NCBI GenBank assembly: GCA_964504255.1
Contig: CAZDDU010000001.1
Coordinates: forward strand, 99,512-163,511
Source: an uncultured Candidatus Saccharibacteria bacterium
Lineage (GTDB): Bacteria; Patescibacteriota; Minisyncoccia; Phycocordibacterales; Zambryskibacteraceae
Length of the DNA stretch: 64,000 nt
Reading direction: 5' to 3'
This document shows, one piece after another, positions 60,388 to 64,000 of this stretch. Each line of letters begins with the position of its first letter. The first letter of the stretch is position 1. The notes under the pieces are model-generated. The model was given only the letters and a program-made list of their open reading frames with translations, had not been told where the DNA came from and searched no databases. Both the position numbers and the translations under genes were made by a program.

Positions 60388-61314
60388 ATGCTCTGGACTA
60401 ATTTTAAAAGAATATCGAAGACCGGCTTCATGAACTTCTGGAGGAACGGCACTGTCTCTCTAGCCTCTGTCTTCATGATGACTGCCACCCTCTCTGTCAT
60501 TGGCTTCACTATGCTTGGAGGTGCAGTGCTTACCACCGCACTTGAGACTCTTAAGGATAAGGTGGATATATCTGTAACCTACATCCCTACTGCTCCAGAG
60601 GAGGACATCTTGAAGATCAAGAGCTCACTCGAGACACTATCTGAAGTCTCGCTTGTTACTTACACCTCAAGAGAGGAGGCACTCGAAGCCTTCAAGCTTC
60701 GTCATGAGAATGATCAATCTATTCTTACAGCATTAAACGAGCTTGATGAGAATCCTCTTGGAGCCTCGCTTGATATCAAGGCCAAGGATCCATCTCAGTA
60801 CAAGAGCATTGCCGAGTTTCTCGAGGGCAACAGTGCCCTCTCGAGTGGTGGGCTCACCATTGTTGACCATGTGAATTATTATCAAAACAAAGTAGCCATA
60901 GACAAGCTTACCGGGATAGTAAAGAGTGCTGACAAACTCGGATTTGCTATTGCTCTCTCGTTCATCCTCCTCTCAGTGCTTATTGCTTTCAATACTATTC
61001 GCCTCACTATCTACATCTCGAGAGAAGAGATCAATGTCATGCGACTTGTTGGAGCGTCGACAAATTATATTGAGGGTCCTTTCGTTACCCTGGGTGTCAT
61101 CTACGCTGTCGTAGCAACTGTGCTCACAGCTCTAGTATTTCTGCCTATGACTTATTGGATAGGTGGAGCGACACAAGATTTCTTCATTGGACTCAACCTC
61201 TTTAGTTATTATATAGGACACTTCGTCTCGATCTTCTTTACTTTACTTGGCGCTGGAGTGGTAGTTGGGGTTGTATCCTCACTTCTTGCCATCAGGAAGT
61301 ATTTGAGAGTTTAA
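60388..61314 (+). CDS. ftsX: Cell division permease FtsX
   Basis: NTIRLTI..REEINVMRLVGA. Confidence 0.92.
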   Translation: MLWTNFKRISKTGFMNFWRNGTVSLASVFMMTATLSVIGFTMLGGAVLTTALETLKDKVDISVTYIPTAPEEDILKIKSSLETLSEVSLVTYTSREEALEAFKLRHENDQSILTALNELDENPLGASLDIKAKDPSQYKSIAEFLEGNSALSSGGLTIVDHVNYYQNKVAIDKLTGIVKSADKLGFAIALSFILLSVLIAFNTIRLTIYISREEINVMRLVGASTNYIEGPFVTLGVIYAVVATVLTALVFLPMTYWIGGATQDFFIGLNLFSYYIGHFVSIFFTLLGAGVVVGVVSSLLAIRKYLRV

Positions 61315-61345
61315 AAAACTGCCCCTCTGGGGCAGTTGTGTTGTT

Positions 61346-61621
61346 CTAGGCCATGATGGCAAGTATGGGCTGACCACAGTGCCTGCACTTGCCGTTCCTT
61401 TCCGGCTCATGATCGCAGATCGAGGAAAGGTCAAGCTGTTGCTGCTTCAAGCCTCTGACCTCCATCTCGAGCCTCGCGAGTTCTTCCTTGAGATCTCCTC
61501 CATATCTCCTTGCATCATTCGTCTGAACTGGTGTCATCTTGGGCGTTTTGCCAGGACGAGCTGGGCCATTGCCTCGATTTTCTTCGATGAGGCTTCTGAT
61601 TGGAAGTGGTACCACGAGCAT
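61346..61621 (-). CDS. Hypothetical protein, coiled coil + C-terminal CxH..CxxC
   Basis: GGAG SD; terminator hairpin at ~61317-61337. Confidence 0.5.
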   Translation of the reverse strand: MLVVPLPIRSLIEENRGNGPARPGKTPKMTPVQTNDARRYGGDLKEELARLEMEVRGLKQQQLDLSSICDHEPERNGKCRHCGQPILAIMA

Positions 61622-61732
61622 TAATACTCTCCGGAATGGGTAAAAAGGTACTGCTCCAGGAGAGACTTTACAGTAACCAGCCGAAAAATCAAATCTTGAA
61701 ATAAGGCCAAAATTCAAGTATTCTAGGCTTAT

Positions 61733-61803
61733 TGGGATATCGTCTAATGGTAGGACAACCGCCTCTGGAGCGGTTAATTGGGGTTCGAATCCCTGTATCC
61801 CAG
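61733..61803 (+). tRNA. tRNA-Gln (CUG)
   Basis: accgc-ctCTGga-gcggt; U1-A72. Confidence 0.93.
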
Positions 61804-61866
61804 CACTTCGACTCGCTTTGCTCGCTCAGTGCGAGCTAGGCGAAGTAATAATGAAATTATTTAGAT

Positions 61867-62268
61867 ATGAGAGATAAACTTGAAACACCAGTCACAAAAT
61901 TTAAATTGCGCACGGGGTTAGGTCTTTCCGGTAAGGGTGTATTTGCTCTGGAAGCAATTCCTAAAGGGAAAAGAATTATTGAGTACATCGGCAGAAATAT
62001 CCCACTCGAAGAGCAAGATTATGCGACTGGAAGGTATTTGTTTTTGACTGGGAGGAATAAAATGATCAACGGAAATATAAAGGAGAATATAGCAAGATTT
62101 ATCAATCATTCGTGTAAGCCTAATTGTGAAGCTAGGGGTCCAAGTGGAAGAGTCTTTGTATATTCGTTGAGAAGAATAAAGGCAGGGGAAGAGCTTACAT
62201 ATGATTATGGGGACGAATACTTTAATGATTTTATTAAACCAATTGGTTGCAAGTGTAATAAGTGTTAA
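61867..62268 (+). CDS. SET domain protein-lysine methyltransferase
   Basis: GKGVFA, ARFINHSCKPNC, GEELTYDY, CKC..C. Confidence 0.92.
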   Translation: MRDKLETPVTKFKLRTGLGLSGKGVFALEAIPKGKRIIEYIGRNIPLEEQDYATGRYLFLTGRNKMINGNIKENIARFINHSCKPNCEARGPSGRVFVYSLRRIKAGEELTYDYGDEYFNDFIKPIGCKCNKC

Positions 62269-62329
62269 GCAATACAAGGAGGTAGGGGTGTCATGTGTTA
62301 CCCAGATCTAGGCGGGTTATAATTGGGTT

Positions 62330-62626
62330 ATGCGAATAATTAAGGAACATTTAGGCTGTTTGAATGATAATCCAGAGAAACTATGGTTCAAGCGGAAGCT
62401 CTATGGTTGGGGATGGACACCCGCACGTCCACAAGGGTGGTTGGTAATACTCGTTTACATTCTCTTGATCATACCCTTCTCACTAAACATAAGTGAGAGC
62501 TCTACTCGAAGTGAAGTAATCCTTAACTTCTTCTTACCCATCTTGATACTGACATCAGTCTTGATACTTATTTGTTATAAAAAAGGGGAGGCTCCTCGTT
62601 GGCAGTGGGGAGATCCTAATAAATAG
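62330..62626 (+). CDS. Small membrane protein
   Basis: WFKRKLYGWGWTP...GE.PRWQWG. Confidence 0.72.
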   Translation: MRIIKEHLGCLNDNPEKLWFKRKLYGWGWTPARPQGWLVILVYILLIIPFSLNISESSTRSEVILNFFLPILILTSVLILICYKKGEAPRWQWGDPNK

Positions 62627-62785
62627 GATTGTATTTACCCAAACAAGGGGAGGGCTTGTCAGGCTGGGGTATAATTAAATTATGCTACTTAAACTTTATG
62701 CCATAACTTTGCCAGTGCTTTTGGTTATGGACTTTGTATGGCCAAGATTCATTGATAGAGGATTTTATCAGGAGAATATCTGATT

Positions 62786-63151
62786 ATGAAGAAGGTCTTT
62801 TTAGAAATATTTTTCAGTCTCACATTCGTCGCTGTCGCAACTTTTCTTATGTATGGTCAGCTGGTTGGAGTGAGTGATTTTTGGAACGCTCAGAATGTCT
62901 GGAGCATTATCCTTGCATGTGGTTGGGTAGTCGTCTCACTGGGCTATTACCACCAAGGGTATGTGGTCCATAAGAGTAAGAGCGCTGAGCATGTGTCCAT
63001 CGTCCTGCCTGGAGCAGTTTTTATCGTTCAGTGTATTCTGTTCGTGAAAGGGATTTATTATGATGATTGGGCGCTCATATTCGGCGCCTTGGTAGTTAAC
63101 TCGGGCGTGATCTTCAGCCTCTATCAGATTACTCACGTTAAGTTCAGATGA
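62786..63151 (+). CDS. Small membrane protein (PQ-loop/SemiSWEET-like)
   Basis: KSAEHVS loop between TM helices. Confidence 0.55.
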   Translation: MKKVFLEIFFSLTFVAVATFLMYGQLVGVSDFWNAQNVWSIILACGWVVVSLGYYHQGYVVHKSKSAEHVSIVLPGAVFIVQCILFVKGIYYDDWALIFGALVVNSGVIFSLYQITHVKFR

Positions 63152-63169
63152 TTTTGCTATAATCAGGCT

Positions 63170-63568
63170 ATGAAAGGATACATCACAAACATTGAGAAAG
63201 AGACAATGGAGAATGATTACTTTAGGAAGGTGCTTTATACCGCCAAGAGTTCTCAACTCGTGCTTATGAGTCTTGAGCCACTTCAGGATATTGGTGAGGA
63301 GGTGCATCATTTGGATCAGTTTCTAAGGGTTGAGGCTGGGATAGGTCGAGTGGTACTAGACGGCGTCGGACATGAGGTTAGAGACGGCTCAGCTATAGTT
63401 GTTCCCGCAGGTACAAAGCATAATCTAATAAACACCTCTGTTGATAAGCCGCTCAAGCTATATAGTGTTTACTCTCCACCTAACCACAAGGATGGGACAA
63501 TACATGAGACTAAGGCAGATGCTGAAGCCAACGAGGAGCACTTTGATGGCATTGTGACAGAAGCCTAG
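63170..63568 (+). CDS. Cupin domain protein
   Basis: QLVLMSL, IGEEVH, VPAGTKHN, YSPPNH. Confidence 0.9.
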   Translation: MKGYITNIEKETMENDYFRKVLYTAKSSQLVLMSLEPLQDIGEEVHHLDQFLRVEAGIGRVVLDGVGHEVRDGSAIVVPAGTKHNLINTSVDKPLKLYSVYSPPNHKDGTIHETKADAEANEEHFDGIVTEA

Positions 63569-63622
63569 TATTGATACTTGCTCGAAGGTAGGTCAGGGAG
63601 TATATTTGGCATACTAATCAAC

Positions 63623-64000
63623 ATGCTCTGGAGCAAGCTCAACTCGATCTATAAGAATTACGAGTACCACATTTCTTCTATTGCCCTTGTCTTGGGGTTC
63701 ATATTTGATGTCTTGACTCTGAGGCGGGCTGATGCATTTTGGGAGAACTTCTGGGTTGTCTTCCATCTCATTGTTGTTGCTACAGCTATACTACTTATCA
63801 ACAGGAAGAGTAAGTCCGAAGACAGGGACTCTGACATGGATTTCTGGTTACTTAGCTTGATGCAATTTAGCTTCGGAGGTTTGCTCTCTGCCTTCCTGAT
63901 ACTCTACTTTAGAAGTGCCTCACTAGCAGTGAGTTGGCCCTTCCTCCTTATGCTCGCACTCGCCTTCATTGCGAATGAGAGGTTGAAGCGACATTATCAA
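63623..64000 (+). CDS. Membrane protein, partial (DUF2914-associated N-terminus)
   Basis: Open to window end: GFIFDVLTLRRAD...QFSFGGLLS...YFRSA...SWPF. Confidence 0.7.
   Translation, partial: MLWSKLNSIYKNYEYHISSIALVLGFIFDVLTLRRADAFWENFWVVFHLIVVATAILLINRKSKSEDRDSDMDFWLLSLMQFSFGGLLSAFLILYFRSASLAVSWPFLLMLALAFIANERLKRHYQ

Overview
A 64 kb chromosomal segment of a reduced-genome bacterium, most likely Patescibacteria/CPR of the Parcubacteria type (inferred from: no rpmD between rpsE and rplO, short frameshift-less prfB, tRNA-Ile(UAU), type IV pilus/competence operon, mostly SD-less core genes). Core content: end of the spc operon (rplR-rpsE-rplO-secY-adk-map), ndk, a beta-CASP RNase, infC-rpmI-rplT, smpB plus tmRNA, ftsH, recG, msrA/TspO cluster, comF and a pilMNO-B-T-C operon with four tandem major pilins, ligA, gatC-gatA, prfB, ftsEX and nine tRNAs. 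Most notable: (1) two integrase-less tandem gene-cassette arrays anchored at the 3' ends of tmRNA and tRNA-Asp, whose repeated junctions read as conserved peptide tails (possible serine-recombinase att scars); (2) an intact tRNA-Ser with an ACU anticodon back-to-back with tRNA-Ser(GCU); (3) an unassigned ~445-nt highly structured RNA upstream of prfB; (4) a 6S-like RNA; (5) a class of stand-alone orphan genes with a shared promoter/leader architecture. All calls are by eye; no database searches were run.
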